A stretch of 64,000 bases of DNA from Flavobacteriales bacterium (GTDB taxonomy: Bacteria; Bacteroidota; Bacteroidia; NS11-12g; UBA955). This document shows, piece after piece, positions 39,990 to 48,726 of this stretch (position 1 is its first letter; every line of letters starts with the position of its first letter). The notes under the pieces are model-generated. The model was not told the origin of the DNA. It did not search any database and saw only the letters and a program-made list of their open reading frames with translations. A program made the position numbers and the translations under genes. The DNA lies in contig CANHRE010000004.1 of assembly GCA_947463095.1 (NCBI GenBank), positions 11,077 to 75,076 on the forward strand, read 5' to 3'.

Positions 39990-40227
39990 GATAGGTAACT
40001 GGTTGTTGTTGTTGCGGGCAAATATATGCATTGTTGGTAACATGTTGACAACCAAGCCTTAAAAATGAAAAATACCCTTAAATAATGGTTAAAAACGATT
40101 ATTTGCGCTTGCCGATGAAGGTCGTTAAACATGCTTTTAGCGATAAACGTCAATATTTGATGCAGGTGTTTATGTGGTTTGTGCATAAACACCTGTGGAT
40201 ATACACGGAACCTACCATAAGCGTGAG

Positions 40228-41847
40228 CTATTTTCGATACACATGGTAGCCCTGGATGATGGTGTCCAGGTAGAATTTTCCGCTAACAGGGTGCCCATCG
40301 GCATGCAGACTGGGCTCTGTGTTCCTGATAAACAGCCTGTACAGAGAATCATTGCTTACCGGCGCTCCTGGAGTGCTTGGCCTTTTGCATAGTTCCGGAG
40401 GGAAATTCTTGCCAAATACCACAACATCCGATGCATCCCAGATTTGTTCCAGATGGTCTGAATACCATTGAATGATATTGGATTCCCTGTCCTGTTTGGT
40501 TCCGGTATTCTGGTAAGGATATGCCTTTAAATAATAAATGTATGGATACTTGATGCTCCAGTCAATACCCACCTGTTGACCCTGGTATGTACTGTTTAAA
40601 TACGCATACATGGAATCGGCGGAAGCACTGGCCTGCCTTATTTCAGGCAATTCGGAGCGGTGAAGGTACGAGGTTGCTGTGCCTCCAAAGAAGCCATAGG
40701 CAGGCCAAAGACAGCCCAAGAATGCAAAGGGCACCAGACTCCAGCGACGCAGCGTTGCAGTATTCCAATGTTCAGAAGCATAACGCATCAGCGCAAACCA
40801 GCAAAGGATATAACCGGTCCACAGGTAATGAGGCCATAGACGTTTGCTCATCAGCATTATAGACATCAGCAGTATGAATCCGCTCATGCCGGCAATCCAG
40901 CTGATGTCGATGTTGCGTTTTACCAACGCCTGCCTTGTTTTATCGGCCATCACCCACAGCACCAGGGCAAGGAATAGGTATCCGGCCCAGGATGCATACA
41001 GGTATTCCTGACCCAGTCCTTGTTGCAGCCATTCCGTAAAACCCAATTGCTGGTTGTCGTAGAAGCGTTCGGTTCCCAGGAAGGTTTTGCGCAAATAGGT
41101 TTGAAGGTAGATAGGTTTTACCGGACTTAACAGCAAACAGGGAATGCCTGTAAAAAAGCCGCCCATAAAAAACAGCACGGAACGCAAGCCCTGTTTGATC
41201 CAGCTTCGGTCTTTAAGTACTGAAAACCCGAGCAATGGCAATGCGAACAGGAGGGGAAGGGTAGTCAGAATGTTGAATTTGGCAGCAAAAGCCAGTCCCA
41301 GCCAGAAATAGTGCTTGCCAAAACGAGGACTTCCTTCAGCAACCATTCCCCTGAAAAACAAAGCCAGAAATAGCAATTGTATGGGTTCCGGCTTAGGCAT
41401 GGTGGTGAAATACAGGGTGTACAATAAGGCCCCTGCACCCCAATACCAAAGCATCCGGATGCCGCTGCGCTTGATGAAGGTTCTTCCCAAAATGAATAAG
41501 GCCGTTAATATCCAGAGGGCCCTGGCCATACGCACCGCCATCACCAAACCGCTGATGCCCCAGATTTTGTAAGGCAGCCAGGCGAGGAGCGCATCGGAAT
41601 AGAAAACCACCCGGCCATAGTACAGGATATCACCGCCAATAACCGCCAGAAACCAATGCTTCATGGAAGCCGGCTCAAGGATGGAATACACTTCCCGGAT
41701 GGTCAGGTACTCATCGTGGCCTGCAATAAAATGGTTGATGTTTGCCCCGTCCAGGAATTGAACGTTCAGCCTGATGGCGAAAAGCAGGAACATGCTGCCA
41801 AACAGCAGTTCCGGAAGGTTTTTCTTTTGAAAAATGCCTGATCCCAT
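40228..41847 (-). CDS. GT-C-fold membrane glycosyltransferase (ArnT/PMT-like), polyprenyl-phosphate-sugar dependent
   Basis: 539 aa with about 13 TM helices. The first periplasmic loop carries HDEYLTIREVYSILEP, a DE-type GT-C motif. It is the last gene of the 7-gene operon, immediately downstream of a Dpm1-like GT2. Confidence 0.6.
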   Translation of the reverse strand: MGSGIFQKKNLPELLFGSMFLLFAIRLNVQFLDGANINHFIAGHDEYLTIREVYSILEPASMKHWFLAVIGGDILYYGRVVFYSDALLAWLPYKIWGISGLVMAVRMARALWILTALFILGRTFIKRSGIRMLWYWGAGALLYTLYFTTMPKPEPIQLLFLALFFRGMVAEGSPRFGKHYFWLGLAFAAKFNILTTLPLLFALPLLGFSVLKDRSWIKQGLRSVLFFMGGFFTGIPCLLLSPVKPIYLQTYLRKTFLGTERFYDNQQLGFTEWLQQGLGQEYLYASWAGYLFLALVLWVMADKTRQALVKRNIDISWIAGMSGFILLMSIMLMSKRLWPHYLWTGYILCWFALMRYASEHWNTATLRRWSLVPFAFLGCLWPAYGFFGGTATSYLHRSELPEIRQASASADSMYAYLNSTYQGQQVGIDWSIKYPYIYYLKAYPYQNTGTKQDRESNIIQWYSDHLEQIWDASDVVVFGKNFPPELCKRPSTPGAPVSNDSLYRLFIRNTEPSLHADGHPVSGKFYLDTIIQGYHVYRK

Positions 41848-41870
41848 GGTTGATGGAGTTATTGAGGTGT

Positions 41871-42608
41871 TTAAGATTTTACCGAGCGACGCAATTCGAA
41901 GATATACCGCAAGATTCTTTTGATGAGTTTTCTCCTTGTTTTCCAGCTGCTTCCGCTGCCACCCTTGGCTTCACCGGCCACCCTGGGCGCGAAGAACACC
42001 GGGAAATCCATGATGTTCCCGCTTTTTTTGGCGTGGTACAACAGGTATAAATCCAACGAAAAATCATGGGGCGCCGCCGCGTCCACCTGTTGGAAAAACG
42101 AACGGCTGAACAGCTTGGGCTGGGCATTGATTTCAGTAAGCCTGGTACCCAGTGCCAGCGAAGAAAGCAGGCCCATGCCCCAGGAAAAGAAGGCTTCAGA
42201 GGCTTTGCGGTTTTTTCGATAACCTTTTACCAGCAGCGTTTTTTGGTGCTGTGCCGTTGCCTTGCTGTACATATCAAGTGCCTTCAGCACATCCATTGGA
42301 TCCGTTTGCCGGTCGGCATGGGTAACGGCCAATAGAGGCCCGTGTGCTGCCCGCAGTCCCGACAGGATGCCAAATCCGTAGCCCAGGTTCTTTGCCACGT
42401 TTACCACGCGGAATACCCTTCCGTCCCTTCCTGCCAATTCCCGGTCAAATACGGCAGCGGAACCATCGGTTGAACCATTGTTCACCAAGATGATTTCCAA
42501 CCCCTGTTCCTTCAGAGGTAGCGGGTCCAGGCTTTTGAAGAGTTCCGGCAGGTTCTCTACTTCATTATAGCAGGGAATCACAATGGATAACCGGTACTGA
42601 TGTTCCAT
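41871..42608 (-). CDS. GT2-family polyprenyl-phosphate sugar synthase (Dpm1/ArnC/GtrB-like)
   Basis: 245 aa. LSIVIPCYNEVENL…EIILVNNGSTDGS…HADRQTDP carries the DxD-type motifs typical of Dpm1-like GT-A enzymes. Confidence 0.75.
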   Translation of the reverse strand: MEHQYRLSIVIPCYNEVENLPELFKSLDPLPLKEQGLEIILVNNGSTDGSAAVFDRELAGRDGRVFRVVNVAKNLGYGFGILSGLRAAHGPLLAVTHADRQTDPMDVLKALDMYSKATAQHQKTLLVKGYRKNRKASEAFFSWGMGLLSSLALGTRLTEINAQPKLFSRSFFQQVDAAAPHDFSLDLYLLYHAKKSGNIMDFPVFFAPRVAGEAKGGSGSSWKTRRKLIKRILRYIFELRRSVKS

Positions 42609-42620
42609 GAACGGTATGAT

Positions 42621-43418
42621 TTATTGTTGATGGGATGCCCTGTTTTTCAGGATGTGGTAATATTCATCCCAGTATTGAAAGGTTTGGTAATCACTCGGTG
42701 TTCCCCAGCAGATATAGTGGTCCACCTCAAAAACCCTGGCACGTAGGCCCATGGCAATCAGGTCGTTGATGCACTCATCCACGTAGAACTCGTTGTTCAC
42801 GCGACGGTTTTGGGCAATCATGCGCTCTGCCGCCTCAACAAACAGACTGCCTTTTCTGAACCAGAAGGCGCCCACGTAGGCATGGTGGTTCAAGGGGTCG
42901 GGCATGTCGTATTTTACTTTGGCTTCGGTGATGCTCACGCCGTCTTCGGCGGTTAACACCCATCCATAGGCTTTGGGGCTGGGCAACACAGTGGGGTTGT
43001 TGCGGAAACTGAATACAATGGCATCCGTATCGCGGCAGGCTTCGGCAAAAGCTTCTTCATCGTACAACATGCCGTTGTCGCTGGCGCCGATGAACAATTC
43101 GCTGTCGTTGTTGATCCAATCGCGGGCAAGCAGACAGGTACTGGCCTGGCCTTCCGTCAGTGCATCTATGGTGATGATGTGTGCCTCCGGGAAATGTTCC
43201 TTCAGCACTGCGTCTATGCCGTATTCTTCAATGTGAAACTGTCGAACCACGAATATGTATTCACCGCCTTCGTAGGGCAGGCTTTTGGCAGCGCTGACCA
43301 CCATGGGCAATCCGCGAACCGGCAGCAGAGGCTTGGGCGTGGTATAGCCCTTCATGGCAAATCGGCTGCCTGCGCCGGCCATAGGTATAAGTTTTATGAA
43401 ATCAGCGGACATGGTCAT
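42621..43418 (-). CDS. Sugar-/alcohol-phosphate nucleotidyltransferase (NTP-transferase GT-A fold), paralogue 2
   Basis: 265 aa. It has the N-terminal G-loop IPMAGAGSRF…KPLLPV. It overlaps its paralogue upstream by 17 nt. Confidence 0.6.
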   Translation of the reverse strand: MTMSADFIKLIPMAGAGSRFAMKGYTTPKPLLPVRGLPMVVSAAKSLPYEGGEYIFVVRQFHIEEYGIDAVLKEHFPEAHIITIDALTEGQASTCLLARDWINNDSELFIGASDNGMLYDEEAFAEACRDTDAIVFSFRNNPTVLPSPKAYGWVLTAEDGVSITEAKVKYDMPDPLNHHAYVGAFWFRKGSLFVEAAERMIAQNRRVNNEFYVDECINDLIAMGLRARVFEVDHYICWGTPSDYQTFQYWDEYYHILKNRASHQQ

Positions 43419-44178
43419 AGCGTTTAAAGATGTCTTCCCAGCTTAAGAATTCCCTCATGTCTTCCGGGGTTCCCCATTGACAAAAATGCGGCACCTCGGC
43501 ATATACCTTCACCTTCAGGCCATCCCGAACCATGTAATTGTATGGCAGGCTGATGAAATACTCGTCAAATACCGTGTTCTGTGAATCCATCAGCTCGGTG
43601 AAGTACTGCTTGATGTAGCTCCCTTTGGAGAAGTAATAAGTTCCTCCTGAATAAAAGCCCTTTTCACGGTCGGTTTCATAATTGTGCTTTTCGGTAATTT
43701 CCAGCATGTTCATGTCTGCATCTGTCAGGCAGGTGGCATACAGATTTTGCGGGTGAAGCAGATGTGGATGGAAGCCGGTATAGCAGATTACGGCACCGTC
43801 GGCACCGCTTTCTTCCATGCTGCGCACGAAATGGGCATAATCCCAGATCATGCTGAAGTCGCAGTAGTTGCAAATCACCGGCTCATCATCGGCAATGCGG
43901 TCAAATACCTGACTCACCGTATAAACCGGTCCGTATTTGTGTGCGTCAATGCCTGCAATTTCCGCCGTGGGGGCGATGCTGAGCAGGAGCTCCCGCAGGT
44001 CGGTGGCCTCCAGCATGTCGTTGCGACAAATAAACAGGATGTCTGTTTCGCCCGGAAACAGGTTCACCACGTGCTCTATCACCGGTTTTCCATGGATGGT
44101 AATCAGGGCCTTGTAGGTATCCCAGCCTGCCTTTTTAAAGCGGCTGCCCTGTCCGGTCATCGGTATGACAATTTTCAT
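43402..44178 (-). CDS. Sugar-/alcohol-phosphate nucleotidyltransferase (NTP-transferase fold), paralogue 1
   Basis: 258 aa. The G-loop is IPMTGQGSRFKKAGWDTYKALITIHGKPVI. The architecture matches the neighbouring paralogue. Confidence 0.6.
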   Translation of the reverse strand: MKIVIPMTGQGSRFKKAGWDTYKALITIHGKPVIEHVVNLFPGETDILFICRNDMLEATDLRELLLSIAPTAEIAGIDAHKYGPVYTVSQVFDRIADDEPVICNYCDFSMIWDYAHFVRSMEESGADGAVICYTGFHPHLLHPQNLYATCLTDADMNMLEITEKHNYETDREKGFYSGGTYYFSKGSYIKQYFTELMDSQNTVFDEYFISLPYNYMVRDGLKVKVYAEVPHFCQWGTPEDMREFLSWEDIFKRYDHVR

Positions 44179-44894
44179 AGCTCGTTTAGAAATTCAATCG
44201 GAAAGTCAGTGTAATAATGGGTGATGCCCAGCTCCCGGAAGCGTCGGAAGTCGTTCAGGTCATTCACCACACAGGCGCCTGCAGCAATGCCCAGCGATTG
44301 AACTTGGGCTACCAGCTCCGGGCTGATGGCTTCTTTCAGGTACATCAGGGCTGTGAAGCGATAACGGGTAGCAAGCTCAAAGTCGGTTTCATGATCGGTG
44401 CCGGGCAGCCGGTCCCAGAACAAGGGGATATGCGGTGCGCGGCGTCGCGCCTCGATCAGGTATTCGCAGTTGATGTCGTTGAAGGCAATGCGTGTTTCCA
44501 TGCCGCAGGCTGCTGCCAGCTTCAGCGCCGGCGCCACCAGTCCGTTCATCTTGGGTTGTATGCTGATGCGGCAGGAGTAGGGCCGAATGGCTTCAAATAC
44601 TTCGCTGAGCAAAGGCACCGTGCAGGGCGCAGCGCCAGGCAGGTAAGCACCGAAGTTCAGCTTTTTCAGCGCTGCAATACCGGCCTGAGGTACGTTGCAG
44701 GATATTCCCGTAACCCGAAGCGTATCTTCATCATGCGTAACCACCAGATGTCCGTCGGCCGTCATCTGTATGTCCAGCTCCAGCCAGGGCGCCCCGGCTT
44801 CAGCCGCGCTCAGGAAGGCTGGAAGCGTGTTCTCCGGAAAACGCGACATATTCCCCCGATGTGCGAAAATCTGTACCTGTCCTCTGTCCCGCAT
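44175..44894 (-). CDS. Glycerophosphodiester phosphodiesterase (GDPD family)
   Basis: QIFAHRGNMSRFPENTLPAFLSAAEAGAPWLELDIQMTADGHLVVTHDED carries the GDPD HR(G)…E…D…H catalytic signature. The start is set at M26 of the ORF-track frame (44894), which gives an ATGA overlap with the upstream gene. The track's start is 44969. Confidence 0.75.
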   Translation of the reverse strand: MRDRGQVQIFAHRGNMSRFPENTLPAFLSAAEAGAPWLELDIQMTADGHLVVTHDEDTLRVTGISCNVPQAGIAALKKLNFGAYLPGAAPCTVPLLSEVFEAIRPYSCRISIQPKMNGLVAPALKLAAACGMETRIAFNDINCEYLIEARRRAPHIPLFWDRLPGTDHETDFELATRYRFTALMYLKEAISPELVAQVQSLGIAAGACVVNDLNDFRRFRELGITHYYTDFPIEFLNEL

Positions 44895-46990
44895 CAAGCC
44901 TGTTTCATTCTGACAAAAATAAGATAGCTCACCATCAGCTGCAGCAAGCCGGTATAATTGCTCTTCCACACCGGATTGTATATGCCCACTTCCTCCAGCT
45001 CGGGTATCATGCGGTAGGCAATGTTGCTGATGTCTTCCGCATTGGCTGTGCCGTCGAAAATCACCACCTGCTTCTCGTGCTCGTAATGATGTTCCAGCGT
45101 CAGGCCCTTCAGGCAGCTTAAACGCTCCAGCAGGGGCTCCATGTTGTGGTCGTTGGGAAGGCTGAGCCGCAGCAACACCTCGGGCACCGTTTCCTGATCC
45201 AGCGGATCAACAGGCCGGCGTGGGAAAAAACTGGCCAACAGGTCGGCCTGCGCTGCCTGAGTGCGGATGAACTTGTTGGAGTCCTCTTCGCGGTGCTTCA
45301 ACTGTTCCAGCACCTTCTCTGGGGTATAGCCCCGCTTTTGTACGTCGCGGTTCACCTTCCACCAAGTGCGTAAAGGTTCATCCGGCTCCATGAAAATCTT
45401 CAGGTCATACACATCGGCCTGGTTCTTCAGGTAAAAAGAATGTAAACCCTCAAAAACAATCAGTCGGTTGGGCTTCAGGAAACGCGGCAAGGTAAACCTG
45501 CCCGTGTTGTGGTCATAGGAACGGCGCTGTATGCCTTTGCCTGTCTTTAGTTGCCGCGCCTGATCCATCTCCTCGTGGAGCTTGTTGGCCCGCGGATCGA
45601 GGTGCGTTAAACGCTCCCAGTTGGCGTCGCCGCGCTCCCAGCGATGCATGTCGTCGCCCCGGATGATGGTGGTATGTGCCGGCTCAAATACCGATGCCAG
45701 CGCCGACGATAAAGTGGACTTGCCGCTGGCCGAATCCCCTCCCACGCCAATCAGGTATGGCTGCGACAGAAACTTTGTTTGTATATTGGTTTTGATGCCT
45801 TCCCGGTACACCAGAAAGCCGCTCAGCAGCAGACTGGTTTGCAAAAGGGTAAAGGTTACGTTCAGGGCCACATCAGAGGCGAATCCTGCCGGGTGTGGCA
45901 TGGCATTGGGTGCCCACCACAGCGCCGTGAGGTAATCACTGCCCGGAATGAGCCCGAAATACAGGAAATACAGGGCACTGAGCAGGATGAATACCGTCTG
46001 CTCCCGCAGGCTTTGTTTTACAATGAAGAACACCAGCAAGGGCACAATCCAGAAATACCAGCCCTGCATCGGCGGAATCAGCAGCGTCAGCGCCAGAAAG
46101 GTAAAGGTGAGGAACAGCACCAGCTGATCGCGGTTCACAAAACGGAAGCTGGCATACCACACCACCAGGATGAAATACACCGCAGGGATGATGTAAAAAC
46201 GCAGCCCCCCGTAGCTGAAATACATGTTGAATACCTGCCGCTGTACGGGGTTGTCGTATACCATCCTTCTGAATCCCACATCCTGCCAGTACGGGAAGTT
46301 GATGAGCAACAACACCGCGAGAAAGATGGCAGCAGATTGCAGCAGTATGCTCAGCCTGACCTTAGGTGTGCGGATCAGGTAGATGGCATAAAAGGGCAAC
46401 ACCAGCGCCATATTCGTCTTGCAGCCCACCGCCATGGCCAGCAACAGGGCCGACAATGGCCAGCGCTCCCTGAACAGGAAATGCAGCGACAGCATGAGCA
46501 GCGCCATGGGCATCACATCCAGCTGCCCGTGGAAATAGTTGATGTACAACAAAACCGGCGACAGCCAGTACCACAGCAACAGTTTGCGGCTGTAAGGCTT
46601 CAGCCAGCGCATCAATACCACCAGGATGCTGAAGTCGGCGGCCAGCAAGGGAATGCGGTACAAAATGGCATCGGCAACGGAAAAGTGATCGCCGCCCGGT
46701 ATCAGCCACCAGAACAACATCCTGGGCAGGCTGAACAGCCACAGCATCAGGGGCGGATAAGGGAATTCTGTGCCTTGGCCGTTCAGGGAGAAATAGGCGT
46801 ATGGATTGGAAAAGTTGCTGCCAATAAAATAGTTGCCGAATGGTGCAAATTGTTCTTTCAGGTAATCAGAAGCAAACAATGCCGCCAGAAGCAGTTTCGC
46901 GGCCAGGCCAAACCAGAATAAACGCGACTTGAGCAGCGGTAATTTGGATTTCCCGAACTTGTCATAGACGCTGAAGCTTCCGTTTGCCAT
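44894..46990 (-). CDS. Fusion protein: N-terminal polytopic (GT-C/GT87-like?) membrane domain joined to a C-terminal uridine-kinase/phosphoribulokinase-family P-loop kinase domain
   Basis: 698 aa. Residues about 1-400 form about 11 TM helices. Residues about 405-698 carry the P-loop GVGGDSASGKSTLSSAL, then IIRGDDMHR and the wider URK/PRK-family layout. Confidence 0.6.
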   Translation of the reverse strand: MANGSFSVYDKFGKSKLPLLKSRLFWFGLAAKLLLAALFASDYLKEQFAPFGNYFIGSNFSNPYAYFSLNGQGTEFPYPPLMLWLFSLPRMLFWWLIPGGDHFSVADAILYRIPLLAADFSILVVLMRWLKPYSRKLLLWYWLSPVLLYINYFHGQLDVMPMALLMLSLHFLFRERWPLSALLLAMAVGCKTNMALVLPFYAIYLIRTPKVRLSILLQSAAIFLAVLLLINFPYWQDVGFRRMVYDNPVQRQVFNMYFSYGGLRFYIIPAVYFILVVWYASFRFVNRDQLVLFLTFTFLALTLLIPPMQGWYFWIVPLLVFFIVKQSLREQTVFILLSALYFLYFGLIPGSDYLTALWWAPNAMPHPAGFASDVALNVTFTLLQTSLLLSGFLVYREGIKTNIQTKFLSQPYLIGVGGDSASGKSTLSSALASVFEPAHTTIIRGDDMHRWERGDANWERLTHLDPRANKLHEEMDQARQLKTGKGIQRRSYDHNTGRFTLPRFLKPNRLIVFEGLHSFYLKNQADVYDLKIFMEPDEPLRTWWKVNRDVQKRGYTPEKVLEQLKHREEDSNKFIRTQAAQADLLASFFPRRPVDPLDQETVPEVLLRLSLPNDHNMEPLLERLSCLKGLTLEHHYEHEKQVVIFDGTANAEDISNIAYRMIPELEEVGIYNPVWKSNYTGLLQLMVSYLIFVRMKQA

Positions 46991-47004
46991 GCCTGTGTGT
47001 GAAC

Positions 47005-47691
47005 TTAGATGAGGTATGCCCGGATGCCCGATTGCGCCGCGCCAAGGATGTCTTTTTCGTGGTTATCGCCCACCATGATCACCTGTTCGGGCGGCAACTG
47101 CAGTTTATCCAGGGCCAGGCGGAAAATGACCGGATCTGGTTTTTCCAGGCCGGCTTCTTCAGAGGTAACCATAAAGTCGAAATAGCGTTCCAGACCCAGG
47201 CGCGCCCACTTGCGGAATTGTATGTGCGTGGTGAGGTCGGTGACAATACACGTGCGTATGTCCGCTGCGTTCAACCGCTGCAGGAACTGTTCTGCCTCCG
47301 GATTCCATTCCATGGCGTCGAGGTAGGCTTCCCAGAAGCAATCCTCCAGTTCCAAGGCCAGCAAGGGCCTGCTTTTGCCAAAAATCAACTCCAGGGCGCT
47401 GTGCAGGTACAGCAGCCGTGAATGAGAAGCCGCCTGACCTTTCAGCTGTACATGCGTTTTGTTGCGGGCTTCCTTCCAGGCTGCTTCCAGCTCCTCGGCG
47501 CCAACAATCTGACGATCCTGCACCCTGCGAAGTACCGCCTCGTACCCCTTCCTGTTGCAGGGTTCATAGGCATAGAGCGTATCATCTAAATCCAGACATG
47601 CGCCCAATACACCATCCAAATTGATGGCAGCAAAACTGTTTTTGGTCAGGATATGGCTCATGCGCTGAGAAAACCGGCTGCTGCATTGCAC
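47005..47691 (-). CDS. HAD-superfamily hydrolase (phosphatase)
   Basis: 228 aa. Motif I is LDLDDTLY (DxD) and motif IV is MVGDNHEKD. It is the first gene of the minus-strand operon. Confidence 0.75.
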   Translation of the reverse strand: MQCSSRFSQRMSHILTKNSFAAINLDGVLGACLDLDDTLYAYEPCNRKGYEAVLRRVQDRQIVGAEELEAAWKEARNKTHVQLKGQAASHSRLLYLHSALELIFGKSRPLLALELEDCFWEAYLDAMEWNPEAEQFLQRLNAADIRTCIVTDLTTHIQFRKWARLGLERYFDFMVTSEEAGLEKPDPVIFRLALDKLQLPPEQVIMVGDNHEKDILGAAQSGIRAYLI

Positions 47692-47877
47692 CAGTTTAGA
47701 TGGGTATTGAACTTAAGGTGAGACAGCGGCATGAACGTTGCGTCGCAAACTTACGGCAAAGGCTAAACTGAAGCAAATGAGGGATTATGGGGAGTGCACC
47801 GGTCCCTGAGCTCATTTTGAATATATGCTCATGACAGGGGTCTGTGCCAACCTGATGAATCCTTAAGCAAGAATTTT

Positions 47878-48127
47878 CTCTTACTTTTTCCTTGATGAAA
47901 AAGGATGCAAAAAATCAAGGCTGCTTGGATAGTGGTAAGGGATAAGTGGTAAGTGGTAAGTGCGGAGGTTTGTAATCCTGCTGTCATCCTGAGCATGCCT
48001 ACCCCTACCGGGCTGCGCAGCAGATTGGTAGGGGAGCTAGTTTACCCTGCCTGCCCCCACCGAGTTGCAAAGCAACTGCTTGCCCCCACTGGATTGCGCA
48101 GCAAGACACCATGGGGGTGGGGGAGCA
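47878..48127. repeat. Modular structured intergenic repeat, copy B (direct relative to copy A; carries an extra ~90-bp module)
   Basis: Matches copy A from the hairpin module through the heptamer array (five TGGWWAG units here) and the CCCCCAC…GTGGGGGTGGGGG module. It holds an additional internal duplication of the C-run-TGCGCAGCA-G-run submodule. The hairpin stem is partly degraded (AAAAAGGATG versus AAAAAGTAAG). Confidence 0.85.
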
Positions 48128-48456
48128 ACGTCGAAGGGAAGGACCGCCCACGCACCCTGATTCATACAGATATCCATCCCTGTGCCTTAAGGAAACATAA
48201 CAACAGAAAACAGTATTTAACCTTAGGCTTCGAAAGATTAAATAAGGGCTTTTTATGGATTGCAATCCAGCCGTTCCTTATGCAGGTTATCAAGGTGTGT
48301 AGATTTGGTATTGTCGCTGTTCAGAGGGATATTAACAGCTTGAGAATAATCTTTCCCGGCGAAATGGTATGGGTTGCATGAAATGCAGAACAAGTGAAAT
48401 CAAACGATCTGGCCTGATTATTTTGTAAGTTCGAAGAGGATATAAGCCACAAAAAC

Positions 48457-48678
48457 ATGCTCCACACAATGGATATAGATAGAACTAATCTGACTATCAT
48501 GGGAGTTGAGTTTACTGATTTGAACACTTTAGAAAGCACCGCAAACGCTTTGGGCAGCAATATGTTCGAAGGCATTAAACCAACACCCAATGGTGTTGAA
48601 ATCATCAGAGACTATGTGACGGGCAAAATAAAGGGGTCTAAGACACATGCTAATCATAGTTCAGAAAATGTGTGTTAA
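48457..48678 (+). CDS. Small hypothetical ORF (73 aa) at the island edge; possibly a remnant or accessory gene
   Basis: MLHTMDIDRTNLTIMGVEFTDLNTLESTANALGSNMFEGIKPTPNGVEIIRDYVTGKIKG… The region is AT-rich like the island, and no family assignment is possible. Confidence 0.25.
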   Translation: MLHTMDIDRTNLTIMGVEFTDLNTLESTANALGSNMFEGIKPTPNGVEIIRDYVTGKIKGSKTHANHSSENVC

Positions 48679-48726
48679 TTTGAACCCAGATACGTTTAGG
48701 CAATATATAACCATGAAAGAAAAAAT

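Noticed and set aside
39990-40055. 22-aa N-terminal extension (MVVNMLPTMHIFARNNNNQLPI) of the 866-aa T9SS cargo ORF
   Set aside because: A clean signal peptide begins at the internal MKKLLLSF…. The extension lacks signal character.
47953-48381. 142-aa ORF (47953-48381) and antisense 86-aa ORF (48005-48265) across repeat copy B
   Set aside because: The composition is driven by the repeat's G/C stems, and the same sequence occurs non-coding in copy A. They are judged spurious.
48130-48456. Possible integrase or recombinase for the tRNA-Val island
   Set aside because: No tyrosine- or serine-recombinase-like frame, even fragmentary, could be recognised between the repeat and the GmrSD-like gene. 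The island appears to lack an integrase within this window.
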